This document shows positions 11,529 through 22,979 of a DNA stretch of 64,000 bases, one piece after another. Below the pieces are notes generated by a model. It saw nothing but the letters and a program-made list of their open reading frames with translations, did not search any database and was not told the DNA's origin. Source of the DNA: Rhodosorus marinus CCMP1338 (lineage: Eukaryota > Plantae > Rhodophyta); contig JAMWBK010000007.1 of assembly GCA_029953675.1 (NCBI GenBank), forward strand, positions 186,001-250,000, given 5' to 3'. How positions within the stretch are numbered: the stretch's first letter is position 1; each line of letters begins with the position of its first letter. The position numbers and the translations under genes were made by a program.

Positions 11529-13805
11529 TCTTTCGGTATGCTTACCTTCCGTATTCAAAAAAATTATCTATTTCAGGACAGATCGGGGCCTCCCAAACGG
11601 ATCAGGGAACTGCATCAAAATGTCGCGAGGTTGTGAGCCCTCCATGGCCCCTCATAAGTGCTAGAGCGTAGGAAAAGAGCAAGATATTTGGTTGCTTACG
11701 GCATGTCTTGATCTCCAAATCTGATCATGCATGCCATACCCCCACTCTCCTCCCATTCTTCGGAAGGAGGAATCTTAGCACATAAAGACAGTCATGCGAG
11801 GAGATAAAAATCCGTTAAAAATTTCGTCTGTCCATTGGCCAGAAAGGACACGCGCTCCTTTTTGATTAGTTTAATACGAACTCCTTAGAGAAAATTTAGT
11901 ATTATTCGATTTTCAAAAGGCGTAGATTGTTTTTACAGTTAAAAATGGGATTTCGGAGAAGAAAATATTGGAATTCTCTCCCCCATTGGAGGAAACTGAA
12001 AATGAATTGACACAGAGATGCAACTGACATTTTCTCCGCCTATCTAGAAATTCGTATGGGTTTTTATTGGGAAACGGTAAACAAGATTGCAAAAAAGGCC
12101 AACGGGCCACTACTACACATATTTCAGTAAAATCCAGTTGGCCAATCCCGACGAACTTAGTTCTTCCCTTAACCAACAAATATCCAAGAAACAAAATCTA
12201 GTATCCAATGAAAAGGCTAAAATCCCAGACATAAAATATATTTATATGATTTGATATTTAATCACCAATCAATCGCCTCGAACGAAAATATATATGTTTT
12301 TAATAACATACTTCAATCTCCAAGGTTTTTCGGGGAAGAAAAAAAAAAAGGAAGGTCCATCTGCAAAGCAACTGAAAGTTTATTTGAAGCTCGTTTTTTT
12401 TTTGGACTTCAATGGAATCAAGCGCCCCTTTCTTCTTTTTTTTCTGTTTTTTTGTGGACACTTCCTCTTTTCCAGCTTTTTGCGGTCCGAAACAAAGATT
12501 ATTCTTGCCACGAAGACCAAAGACACTGATTGGCCCCGAGCAACGGATCAATGTAATTTATTAATTATTCAAGCTCCTATGGGACACCCGAGTACAGATT
12601 GTACATTAAAAACCCCCCGAAAAGGGAGAAAACGACACCTGACAGGTTAAAATAATAAATGAATTTCGTTCAAAACACGAACATATGGCCAAGAAATAAA
12701 GAAATTACCATCCACTGAATCTCAGCTGGTTACCAACGCTCATTCACACTCAACCTAGGGGGTAGATCGCGCAAGTCGAATCTTTGTACTAAGACTTACT
12801 ACTCGCAAAAGCAAATTTAATATATTCAATCAAAAACGCTCTAGCCAATGAAAAAGAACGTATAAAGACAAATGTCAAGTAATAATTAGTTACAATACTT
12901 ATTAGTACGGGAAAGATGCGAATACACAACAATGTTGAACCCCCGTCTCCTTTGTGTACAACATCCCCAATCTTAAAAGCTCGTCCCCTGTTCGGTTCAA
13001 CATTTTCACTTCCTACAAGGGGGGGGGGAGGGGGAAAGGGTTTGGATATTCCACTAAAAGCATAAAATTGTCTATTATTTCTGTATCAGAATCTGATCCA
13101 TGGAGGGGTTTCGGAGAGGATCCTTGCGATTATATATATTTTTAATTATTTGCAGGCTTTTTGTCCTCCACGTTTTCCCTAATTTTATTAGAAGCAAAAA
13201 AGAAAATCGGTCTTCTCCGGCCACTCTCCTTATTTAGCGGAATTTTTTTTGGAGGTGGAAGAGGAGAGAGGTTTTTCGTTTTCGGATTTTATTATATAGA
13301 TATATAATATTTTTTTTTGTATTTTCTTCTCTGTCTATTTTCACCTAATGATAGAAAACGGGAAATGGAAAGGTGACGCCACCGGTGCATGTGTGATCTG
13401 TCAAAAAAAAAATTGCATAGTGAAAGGTGATGCGCCTCTCTGTCTGTCTCTCTCTCTCTCTGTGTCTGTGAGTGTCTCTCTCTTTCATGAAAAAAAATCG
13501 TATATAAGGAGGAGCCAAGAGAAGGGATGAGTAGAGCTGTGGGAGGTAGGCGCAGGGAAATACGTATTCGGATAGCAATTGAAGGAGCAAGGAAAGTTTT
13601 GGTAGGTTTACGAGTTTCGGCCCCCTTTTTTTGTTTTGGTGTTTGTGGTTTTCCTCGTTTTGAGGTTCAGATGCGGACTTGTTTCTAAAGTTTTCGTGTG
13701 TTTTCCGGTCGGCTTGTGCTGTTTTTTTATTGGTTTTGGTAGAGGAGGTTGGGAAGCTTACTGTTCTTAGGCCGTCGAGGAGGTTGGGTTTGGTTTCCGG
13801 ACGCG

Positions 13806-15713
13806 ATGGAGGAGGATCTCGAGGAGGCTAAGACGATTATTCTTATGGGTGGCGATATTGGTGGTACCAATTCGCGTTTTGCCCTTTTCAAGGTGGATGT
13901 GTCGGATGAAATCATGGCGAGAGGGCCCATGGACCACCCACCTTTTGAGATAGTGTATGCGAAGAATTATCTCAACGAGGATTATTCGATGTTCCGTGAT
14001 GTCATGACTGAGTTTTTTGCGGACGCAGAGCACCACTCGGATGTAGGTTTAGTGTTTCAAATCCCTTACATGCTGCGGAAACGACCCAAGCTTAACTTTT
14101 GCTGTGCTCTTTGCCGTAGTTTGCGCGCACCCCACACTTCCATCTGACCGCCTGCTGCTTGGCGGTTGCCGGTCCAGTCGACGACGGCCGCGCGAATTTC
14201 ACTAACCGAGGATGGGTCATCGATTCCCAAGACATAAAGGAGTGGTTTGGCTTCGAACACGTGAGTGCTCTAGCTTTCTTTTGTTTTGCACTTTCCTTCC
14301 AGGGATCTTGATTGTTGCCGTGGGGAGTCACCACCTGAAAAGCCCACTAAAGGTTCCGCTCTGTTTTTTTCCCGTAGGTGCGAGTGGTGAACGATTTCGT
14401 TGCTAGTGGCTACGGTATCCTGACGTTGATGGAAACTGAAGTCACTGTACTCCAGGAAGGGAAATACTCCCAGTCCGCACCCATTGCTGTCCTCGGTGCA
14501 GGAACAGGCCTAGGAGAGTGCTTCTTGGCACCCAACTGGTCTCCCTACGGAAGTTTTTATGACGCCTATCCGAGCGAAGGAGGGCATGTGGAGTTTGCGC
14601 CAAAGACTGATATTCAGGTATCAAAACTTTCCCCGCAGCAACCTTGGAAGAACTGGTCGCACTACCCTATGCTCAGGATGACGGATTCGCTTCACCTATG
14701 CGTAGTTCAAGTGCCTGCAGTTCCTGTCTGAGAAGTTCCAGGGACGAGTATCTGTGGAAAGGATCGTTTCCGGCAAGGGGCTCTTAAACGTGTATGAGTT
14801 TTTCAAGTCGGAATATCCGGATGAGTTCAATGAAGGACATGATCACAAGATCATCAATGCTGTGGAAGCTGGCGCAGTGATCGCTTCGCTAACATACGAC
14901 TACACACTGTGCGCGCAGACGATGGAGTTCGTTTTTGAAGTATACGGTACAGAAGCGGGCTCGGTCGCGTTGAAATTTTTGCCTTATGGTGGCCTCTACA
15001 TCGCCGGGAGCCTGGCGCCGAGGAATATCGAAAGGCTTACTGGGCAAGACTCGTCATTCATGAAGGCCGCGATCAACAAAGGGCGAGTGTCACCGGCTCT
15101 TAAAAACGTAAGCTGTCGCATATCAAATACGGTTGAGAATGTAAGCGTTCATACAAGCAAAACCTGCACTGTACTCTTGCAGCGACCGATGCCTTGTCAA
15201 GAACGAACAAACATGCGGCGTCTTTACGGGAGAACCTCCGGAGAACCGCATCTTAGATTAGCTCGTTCTCACCCAATAGCAGCGGATTCCGCAATGACGG
15301 ACTTTTACCTTGTAAGATACTGACGGCATGCTGATTTCTGTTTGTTTCTTTTGCAGATACCCATCAAGGTCGTCATGTGCGAGGACTTGGGCATGAGAGG
15401 GTCTCAACTTTTGTCGTACAGGATTTTCCTGGAATCTAAGCCACCTGCCATTCAAGCACAGTTGCCTCCAGTCACCGATACTCTGGATACAATGGCTAAT
15501 CCAGACATCCCAGCGATTAGAAAATCGGACGGGTATGCGGATGGACCGTACAAGGAGCCGCATATCGCTTTAACGTTGCCACCTAGGCATGCCATGGATA
15601 TTACCTTCGTCGCGGAGATTGCTGTTGCGAGTTCAATTGCGGCCTCCATAGCCCTAATTATTGGATTTGGAGCTCGTAGCCTCACAAGGATGGATTTGGC
15701 CAAGGGCTCATGA
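13806..15713 (+). CDS. glk: Bacterial-type (Glk family) glucokinase with a C-terminal hydrophobic tail, about 5 exons
   Basis: Motifs GGDIGGTNSRFAL, CLAVAGPV, TNRGW, VVNDFVASGYG, VLGAGTGLGE, SEGGHVEFAP, VSVERIVSGKGL, GGLYIAG. The last exon ends ITFVAEIAVASSIAASIALIIGFGA...GS*. Confidence 0.93.
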
Positions 15714-16810
15714 TTTGCTACGGTCATGTAGTTTATAACAATTTTTTTGGACCCCAAGAGCCGAGTCGTGAGCTTTGGTAGACCAAACCAACTCTTTGGG
15801 GAAGCACGAGTACTTTGCTCGGCCATATCCGGAAGCTTGCATCGATACTTGCTGCCTTCGTTGTGGACTGTGGCTTTGGGATAAGACAAAACAACTCGGC
15901 CACGGAGCGCGAATCGCTGGTTCCCCCTGATGAACAGAAAGCGGTTGTTTTGTGAGCCGGAACAGCATCAAAATTAATTTTTATTGGGAAAGAGCTTGAG
16001 ACCCGTGAATAGCGATTTGAAGGAGGAATAGATAAATGTTTTCCAAGGACCCCTTTTTGTTGAAGGATAATGTCGCAAGCTGTGGAGGTCAATTGCGGGT
16101 CCGCCGCCCACTGACCGGCCCACTCTTCAAGCCTTACAACGGCAAAGCATCTAGAGCAAGTCCTCCCCGAGCAGAAAAGCAGTGCACGGAGTTGCCCTCT
16201 ACAGAGCTATGATATCCTTTCGCATGTACATGATCTGGACCATGGATAGATCAAAATGAGAATACTTAGCGTAAAGATTTTTGAACTGCCACGAGCGTGA
16301 AAGCTACTGCGTAGTTTCCGGCCCATGTCGATGGCGGATTAGTCTTACGAAATTGACGTTGAACTTTGACAAGTTGAGAAGGAGAAGGATCCAATTATTC
16401 CATGCATGCTCGACGGCTGTTTTAGCGAATGCACTTCGCTACACACGGCGCGAGTTGCTATTGTTGGAAGGTCACTTTGGCTGAAAAACATGACAGAATG
16501 ACGTCGGTATCATCGCTTCTAGGTTGTTCTACAAATGCATTTGATTAGGGCTAGGGGGCGTCTATATTCCCGAGCGGGCGAGCTACTTGCACAGTTTCAG
16601 CTTAATTAGTGTACAGTGACAATAGCAAAAGTTTCATTGTTGCTGAATCTCAGAAGGGACGTGTGTTTCGTGTTCAACCGGGCATGCGCAGCGCGAGGAC
16701 GGGACACAAAGAATCCCATTTTTTGGCTGCCCGGCTTCGGACAGTTCACTATTTGTCATCGGGGGAGGTACTTCTTCGTCGCTTCTATCGCGAGTCTGTT
16801 GTACTCGTGG

Positions 16811-17344
16811 TCACGTAGTTTGTTCTTTCTCGCTCTGTGTGATGGCGTAAGAGGTGTGAGCGACCCGAAAGCTTTCTTCGTTAGGTTTGGGATTGTGGAG
16901 TACGTACATTCTCGAGAAGAAGTAAATACAGAAGGCAACACAGAGCACTAGAATCAGTACACAAGCTGTGATGATGCCGATTCCTGCCCCACTTAACCCG
17001 TTATCTAGGAAACGAAAGGAAAAGCACCAGGTTGAGTTGTTTCCGTACACAGCTCTAGAGCGAATACAAAAACAAGGGCTCTAGAAGGGCTTGTGTTACC
17101 ACATACATTGACAAACGCAGACATACAGAATCTCGTTCAACAGAAATTCTGTCTCATCACTCAGACAACAAGACTGCTTGGTAAACCATTCATCGCAGGA
17201 AAAAGGATCCCCCGGACCTTCCGGAACGCAGTCATTCGCGCACTGCGTGTCACCTACAACCCTTACGCATTCCTGACCCGCCCCAATCTCAACTAAACAT
17301 AAACAAATTAATATCCAAACCAGTCTCCCAGCACACCCAACCAT
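16811..17344 (-). CDS. Small Cys-rich type I membrane protein, 2 exons (17344-17127, 17054-16811)
   Basis: Signal peptide MVGCAGRLVWILICLCLVEIGAG, a Cys-rich ectodomain, a clean 72-nt GT-AG intron, and TM helix GLSGAGIGIITACVLILVLCVAFCIYFF. Confidence 0.75.
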
Positions 17345-17569
17345 TATCTTCAAGCACACATGTACAGTCCCTGTTCTTCAAAGACACAGAACCAAAGCCC
17401 TTAAAACCTGCTCACTCCTCAAATTTAATATCCTGGATCAATTAAAACACCTCAATTCCTTATGTACAGTTCTGCATCTTCCCTCCAATGCCACAGGTCA
17501 CCACTCCCAACCCTTTATAACTCCACTCGTCATCTCCCACCAAACCATTCAAACCCCGACCCAACTCAA

Positions 17570-18035
17570 AACCATAATTAAGACTTTTTCGAAACAAATG
17601 CGTAGTTTAAAGTCTATAAATATTGTATATATTAAGAAAAGGATTAAGAGGATTAGAATTAGCATTTCCACGTTTCTATTCTGGGCAATAGATGGAGCCT
17701 TACGGCTTGTTTTTTTTTTGTATTCATCGCGCTGTAACCTGATAACCATAATTACGACGATCTAAATATAGATGCGTAGTTTTAAGTATGAATATATTGT
17801 ATAAGAAAAATAAAAAGATGTTGATGATTAGAATTAGAACCAAATAGTCTCTATTCTGGGATCTTTGTGTGGCGTGTGCTTTTTTTTTTTGTATTCGTCA
17901 CGCTGTAACCTGATAACCATAATTACGACGCTCTAAAAATAGATGCGCAGTTTTAAGTATTTGTATATTGTATAAGAAAAATAAAAAGATGTTCTTGACT
18001 AGAATTAGAACTAAGTTGTCTCTATTCTGAGAAAT
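17570..18035. repeat. AT-rich tandem repeat, about 2.7 copies of a 171-174-bp unit
   Basis: CCATAATTA anchors at 17572, 17746 and 17917. ATGCG(T/C)AGTTT, TTAGAATTAG, TCTATTCTG and GCTGTAACCTGATAA recur. Confidence 0.92.
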
Positions 18036-18049
18036 CGTGTGCCTTTCCA

Positions 18050-18313
18050 CATTCACACATCGTAGTACATACGGTAAGATCGATACGCACATGGCATACG
18101 ATGGGTGGATGCGGAATCATACCGTTACGGTTTCAAATGGAGGATACAGTTTGAACAGTACAAGATATCGATCATCTTCACATTATAGTAGAGTACTTAA
18201 GCCGAACATATCGGCCCATTAGTCAGTGGAACAATAAAGGAGGCACCGAAGTTTGGAGGGTGAAATCAGTTTCACCCTGAGGTCAAGGTCAGGAATCCTT
18301 GAAAATTCCAACA
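18050..18313 (+). repeat. Upstream LTR copy (5' part missing or diverged), ending ...TTCCAACA
   Basis: Aligns with 23027-23272 (CATTCACACATCGTA...GAGGTCAAGGT) and is followed directly by the PBS. Confidence 0.88.
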
Positions 18314-18325
18314 TGGTATCATCGC
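18314..18325 (+). promoter_or_regulatory. Primer binding site TGGTATCATCGC, tRNA-iMet-like
   Basis: TGGTATCA directly after the LTR-terminal CA is the usual start of a copia PBS. A mirror copy lies on the minus strand near 18811-18821. Confidence 0.8.
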
Positions 18326-18404
18326 TTGGTGCGATTTTGTAAGAACTGCTTGGTGCGTTTTTACGGGAATAGGGATTGTGTGTGGTGTTGCCTCAGGATG
18401 GCGG

Positions 18405-18680
18405 CGAGGACGAGGGGGAGTGTTGCAGAACACTGACGGTAGCGCGAAATCCATCATGCGCCCGAGGACGAGGGGGAGTGTTGCAGAACACTGACGGTAG
18501 TGCGAAACCCTTTAAGCGCGCGAGGGCGAGGGGGAGTGTTGCAGAACACTGACGGTAGCGCGAAATCCTTCAAGCGCACGAGGACGACGGGGAGTGTTGC
18601 AGAACACTGACGGTAGCGCGAGATCCTTCAAGCGCGCGAGGACGAAGGGGAGTGTTGCAGAACACTGACGGTAGCGCGAA
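18405..18680 (+). repeat. Tandem array of five 58-bp units, each a PPT plus the start of an LTR
   Basis: TGTTGCAGAACACTGACGGTAG starts at 18421, 18479, 18537, 18595 and 18653, each preceded by GAGGGGGAG or a one-base variant. Confidence 0.97.
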
Positions 18681-18701
18681 AGGTTTCCTTCAGGCGCGTC
18701 A

Positions 18702-18886
18702 TGTTCTGCAACGGTCCCCCTCGTCCTCGCCGCCATCCTGAGGCAACACCACACACAATCCCTATTCCTGTAAAAACGCACCAAGCAGTTCTTACAAAAT
18801 CGCACCAAGCGATGAGACCATGTTGGAATTTTCAAGGATTCCTGACCGTGACCTCAGTTTCATCCTCCAAACTTCGGTACCTTCCT
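18702..18886 (-). repeat. Inverted copy of LTR end, PBS, short internal region, PPT and LTR start
   Basis: Reverse complement of about 18240-18430. The ORF track shows the same peptide (PPRPRRHPEATPHTIPIPVKTHQ) on opposite strands. Confidence 0.95.
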
Positions 18887-19117
18887 GCCGCTGCTGACTG
18901 TGTTCTGCTGTTGCCGCTAATCTCCAAATCAGTATAAAGGAAACCAGACTTTGCAACAGCTTTAATCACTTGCCTACCGTTCTTTTCTACGACTAACGTT
19001 TTTCCATCTAAAGATATCTTTATCTAATGGAGAAACCGTTTTCAATTAAACTACTAAGACTGACATTCATTTATCTAATGGAGAAACCGTTTTCCATTAA
19101 TCTACTAAGACTGGCAT

Positions 19118-20076
19118 TCAATGAGCCTTCTGGAAGATAGTGTCCTTCAGCGACAACAGATCTCCTTTTCGCGTCTTCAGCTCGACCGTACCCATCTTGT
19201 CGAGGGTCTTCGTTGTCCCGTCCCCGAATGTGACGTCAGTGTCAGCCATCCTTGTGGGGCCTGAGAATGCATTCTCCGAGGTGCACATGTCGTCCGTTGC
19301 TCCAGAGTCCAGCACGAACCTCGCTGGAGCTCTGACGGCCGTCATTTCTGCTGGAATCTTCGCTTTTCCGGCCTGTTTTCCTCCTTGTCCTGCTCCTCAG
19401 GACAGTTGGCTCGGATGTGTCCGGGTTTCTTGCACCCGTAACACAGAAATCCCACGGGGATCTTCTTCTTCTTCTTCTGCACCGTTGTGACGTGGTGCGT
19501 GCTGGAATCCGTTTTGGACTTGATTTGCTTGGACCCTCGAAGTCGGTCCAGCTCCTCGAAGTCGTTACAGAAACCTGTCCAGCCTAGAGTTTTTTTTTTT
19601 ATCCTTCGCGGCATAGAACTTGAACTCCGCATACTAGTCGCCCCTCACCTCCAAAACCTTCCGAAGGACCCGACGTTTTTCTTCATCCGTTGGCGCCACG
19701 CCCGTTATCTCCCTGATCTCCGCAAACTGGGTTTGTAGCCAGTTCACCAGAGAGCGTGGCGACTCGTTGGTGTGCATCTCGCGCCAATGCACTTTGCCTC
19801 ACACGCTGTCTGCCGTCTCGCGGGAGGAGGGCTCGTATCTAGGCCGAAGTGCCGCCCATACCTGCTCTGGCGCTGCCTCTCTCGAAGAGGCAAAGGCAGT
19901 GTCCAGCGCCGGCCCATCCAGCACTCCGGAGAACACCGTAGAGACATACTGTCTCTCCTCTTCCGTCGCGTCTATCGGGTTGTCGATCACATCCCTAAGA
20001 CCTTTGACGGTCAGGTAGCACTCTACCTGGTGTCTCCAATTCCGGAAGGATCGGAACGAATCCTGATCCCCGGTGA
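19118..20076 (-). pseudogene. Copia gag and aspartic protease, inverted relative to pol
   Basis: FTGDQDSFRSFRNWRHQVECYL (gag N-terminus), CYGCKKPGHIRANC (CCHC knuckle), FVLDSGATDDMC (protease). Frameshifted. Confidence 0.92.
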
Positions 20077-22966
20077 ACACTGACGTCACATTCGGGGACG
20101 GGACAACGAAGACCCTCGACAAGATGGGTACGGTCGAGCTCAAGACGCGAAAAGGAGATATGTTATCGCTGAAGGACACTATCTTCCAGGCGGCTCATTG
20201 AATGTAGTCAGTCTTAGTAGATTAATGGAAAACTGTTTCTCCATTAGATCTTTAGATGGAAAAAATTTGTCGTAGAAAAGAACGGTAGGCAAGTGATTAA
20301 AGCTATTGCAAAGTCTGGTCTCCTTTATACTGACTTGGAGATTAGCGGCAATAGCAGAACACAGACAGCAGCGGCAGCAGTAGTCCGTAGCAACGAAGAT
20401 ACGGATGCCATGGGATGGCACAGGAGGCTCGGACACCCTGGTGCTGGAGCTGTGAAACAACTAGAAAAGGACGGTGTTTTCCGCGTGAACGACAGAGTAC
20501 CTGACAAGTTCGAATGCTCCAGCTGCGAGAAAGCAAAGACCGCGATGGGTGGAAGTGGACCTCGCAGGAAGGCAGAGACGTTCGGCGAGTGCATACATAC
20601 TGACATCGCCGGACCGTTCCGTGCAGGAAGACATGGAGAGATTTATATGGAGGAGGAGTGTTCGTGGATGAGGCAACAGGGGTGCTGGGAGCGCATGCCC
20701 GTGAACACAGAAGTCTCATTGATGAAGGCTTTAGGGAGCATGTCCTGGTAATGAAAACGCAACATGGGGCAAATGTAGAAAGACTCAAAAGTGACAACGC
20801 ACTTGAGTATAGTAGCATGAAACCCCTACTACATGACCTGGGTATCACGTGGGACCCGAGCGCCCCGTATACTCCCTCCAGCAACGGGATAGCGGAGCGA
20901 ATGATGAGAACAGACTCAGAAAGACTGCGTGCCACCATGTTCGACAGCGGAGCGACGGACGACATGTGGCCGGAAGCACTACCGGTAGTCGTCGCCAACA
21001 TCAATCAACCCCACGAAAGTTCCTGAAAGGGAAATGTCCAGCCGACACAGATAGGGGCAGCAACATGGATCTGGGAAACGCATATCCGTTTGGGTGTGAG
21101 ATCACATACAAGCGGTACGAACCGGGGAAACAGGGTAAACTGGATAGCAGGTCCAGTACAGGAATCCTCATGTTCGTAGCGGACTCACATGTGGCGAGGA
21201 TCTGGGATCCGACAACTGATAGGTTCCTACAATCGCGATCTTGGCGCGTTTCTGAAGACGTCTTCCCGACCAAAGAAGTGAATCTCGAAAAACGAATGAC
21301 TTCAAGACCCAGAGGAAGGGAGGTTTCAGTGAACCTCCTGCGGAAGGGGGACTCCTTGTACGACGTACCGAGTCCGGAGTCTTGGAATGAAGCGTTCAAC
21401 GGCGCTTTCGCTGAAGACTGGAGACGAACTGCGGCCGAAGAGCTCGGATCGTTACGGGCGAACCGGACATGGGAACTTGTCCCTCGGAGCGAGGTTCCCA
21501 GGAAGGCGAGGATTCTTGGGTCACGACTTATCCTGAAAGTCAAGAAAAATGCAGATGGATCAATTCAACGGTTCAAGGCGCGACTCGTAGCTCGAGGATT
21601 TGCCCAGAGATATGGCAGTGACTACGAGGAGGTCTTCGCGCCAACGGTGGAGTTCGCCAGCGTTCGAGTACTCCTGACCATAGCAGCGACGGAAGATCTC
21701 GAAGTGGAGCAGGGTGATCTGAAGACTGCGTACCTGAATGCGAGCCTGCAGGAAGAGATTTACATGATGCAGCTTCGCGGCATGGAGGAACCGGGAAAGG
21801 CGGAGCACATCTGCTGCCTACGGAAGAGCTTGGAGGGCCTAAAACAAGCGGGAAGAGAGTGGCACCGGAAACTAAGCAACGATCTCCTTGCGCAAGGTTT
21901 TTAGCAGCTGCGAACAGAAAGCTGCGTGTACCGGAAGGAGAAGTGCATCATCGCGGTCTACGTAGATGATATGCTTATCGTTGGGAGCCGGGCTGACGTT
22001 GAGATAACGAAGAAGATGTTGTCAAACCTGTACGACATCAAACCTCTAGGAGCGGCACGAGATTTCCTCGGTGTGAGAATAGAGCGAGACCGGAGGAAAA
22101 GAGAAATCTACCTCTCGCAGGCAGATCATATTCGGAAACTTACCCTCGCGTACGGTTTGAAGGGATGCCGCCCCTTATCCACACCAATCTCCATCGCACC
22201 CTCTACGAAAGAGACTTCGATGGAAATGACCTCATCGCCGTTTCAGGAGCTAACTGTATCACTCCTCTACTTAAGCACTACAACGCGAGCTGATATAAGT
22301 TACGCAGTCGCCTTGATCGCGCGAAAAATGGCAGATTATCGACTCGGAGATTTCGAAAAGGCGAGGCGGATCCTGCGATATTTGGCAGGAACGCAGAGAA
22401 AAGCAATGCAATTGGGGGGTAAATAAAAGACGGATGCAGGTATGGGCAACTCCTCGGACGATGGTGAGCAGAGGCAAATCAGATATCAAGTGACCGGATA
22501 CTCTGTTGCGAGCTGGGCCAGTCACGAAGACAGTAGGAGTACTTCAGGTTTGTTGGTGACAGGCGATGGAGCGCCAGCGGCTTACCGATCATGGAAGCAA
22601 CGCTCGGTGGCTCAATCGACGGCGGAAGCGGAGTACCAGGCGCTGGGGGACATGATGACGACCCAGAGGTTGGTACACGAGTTCATCGTCGAGACTGGCA
22701 GGGACATGAGTATGCCCTTAGTCGCATACAAGGACAACATGTCGTGTCTGCGGTGGGCGACATCCGGGGATAGCAGGATGTCGCGCCACGTATCTGTCAA
22801 ACTTCAGTACGCACGCGAGAGGTGTGCGTCCGAAGAGGTACAGCTGAAGTACCTCAGCACCGACGAGATGGTGGCTGACCTGTTGACCAAGCCTCTGACG
22901 AAGGAGAGGACGGAGATATTGAGGTCCGGGCTGGGCATTGTAGATCGACTCTCTGCTGTGGTATGA
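20077..22966 (+). pseudogene. Copia pol remnant: protease tail, GAG-pre-integrase, integrase, RT, RNase H
   Basis: WHRRLGH, IHTDIAGP, SDNALEY, PSSNGIAER, RFKARLVARGF, QGDLKTAYLN, GLKQAGREW, AVYVDDML, GYSVASWA, STAEAEY, DLLTKPL. Frameshifts in the integrase. In-frame stops at 21902 and 22424. Confidence 0.95.
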
Positions 22967-22970
22967 GAGC

Positions 22971-22979
22971 GAGGGGGAG
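22971..22979 (+). promoter_or_regulatory. Polypurine tract GAGGGGGAG
   Basis: Purine run just after the RNase H stop and directly before TGTTG. Confidence 0.85.

Noticed and set aside
18405-18680. 58-bp array as a CRISPR array
   Set aside because: There are no unique spacers, the whole unit repeats, the context is eukaryotic and the unit matches the retroelement PPT/LTR junction.
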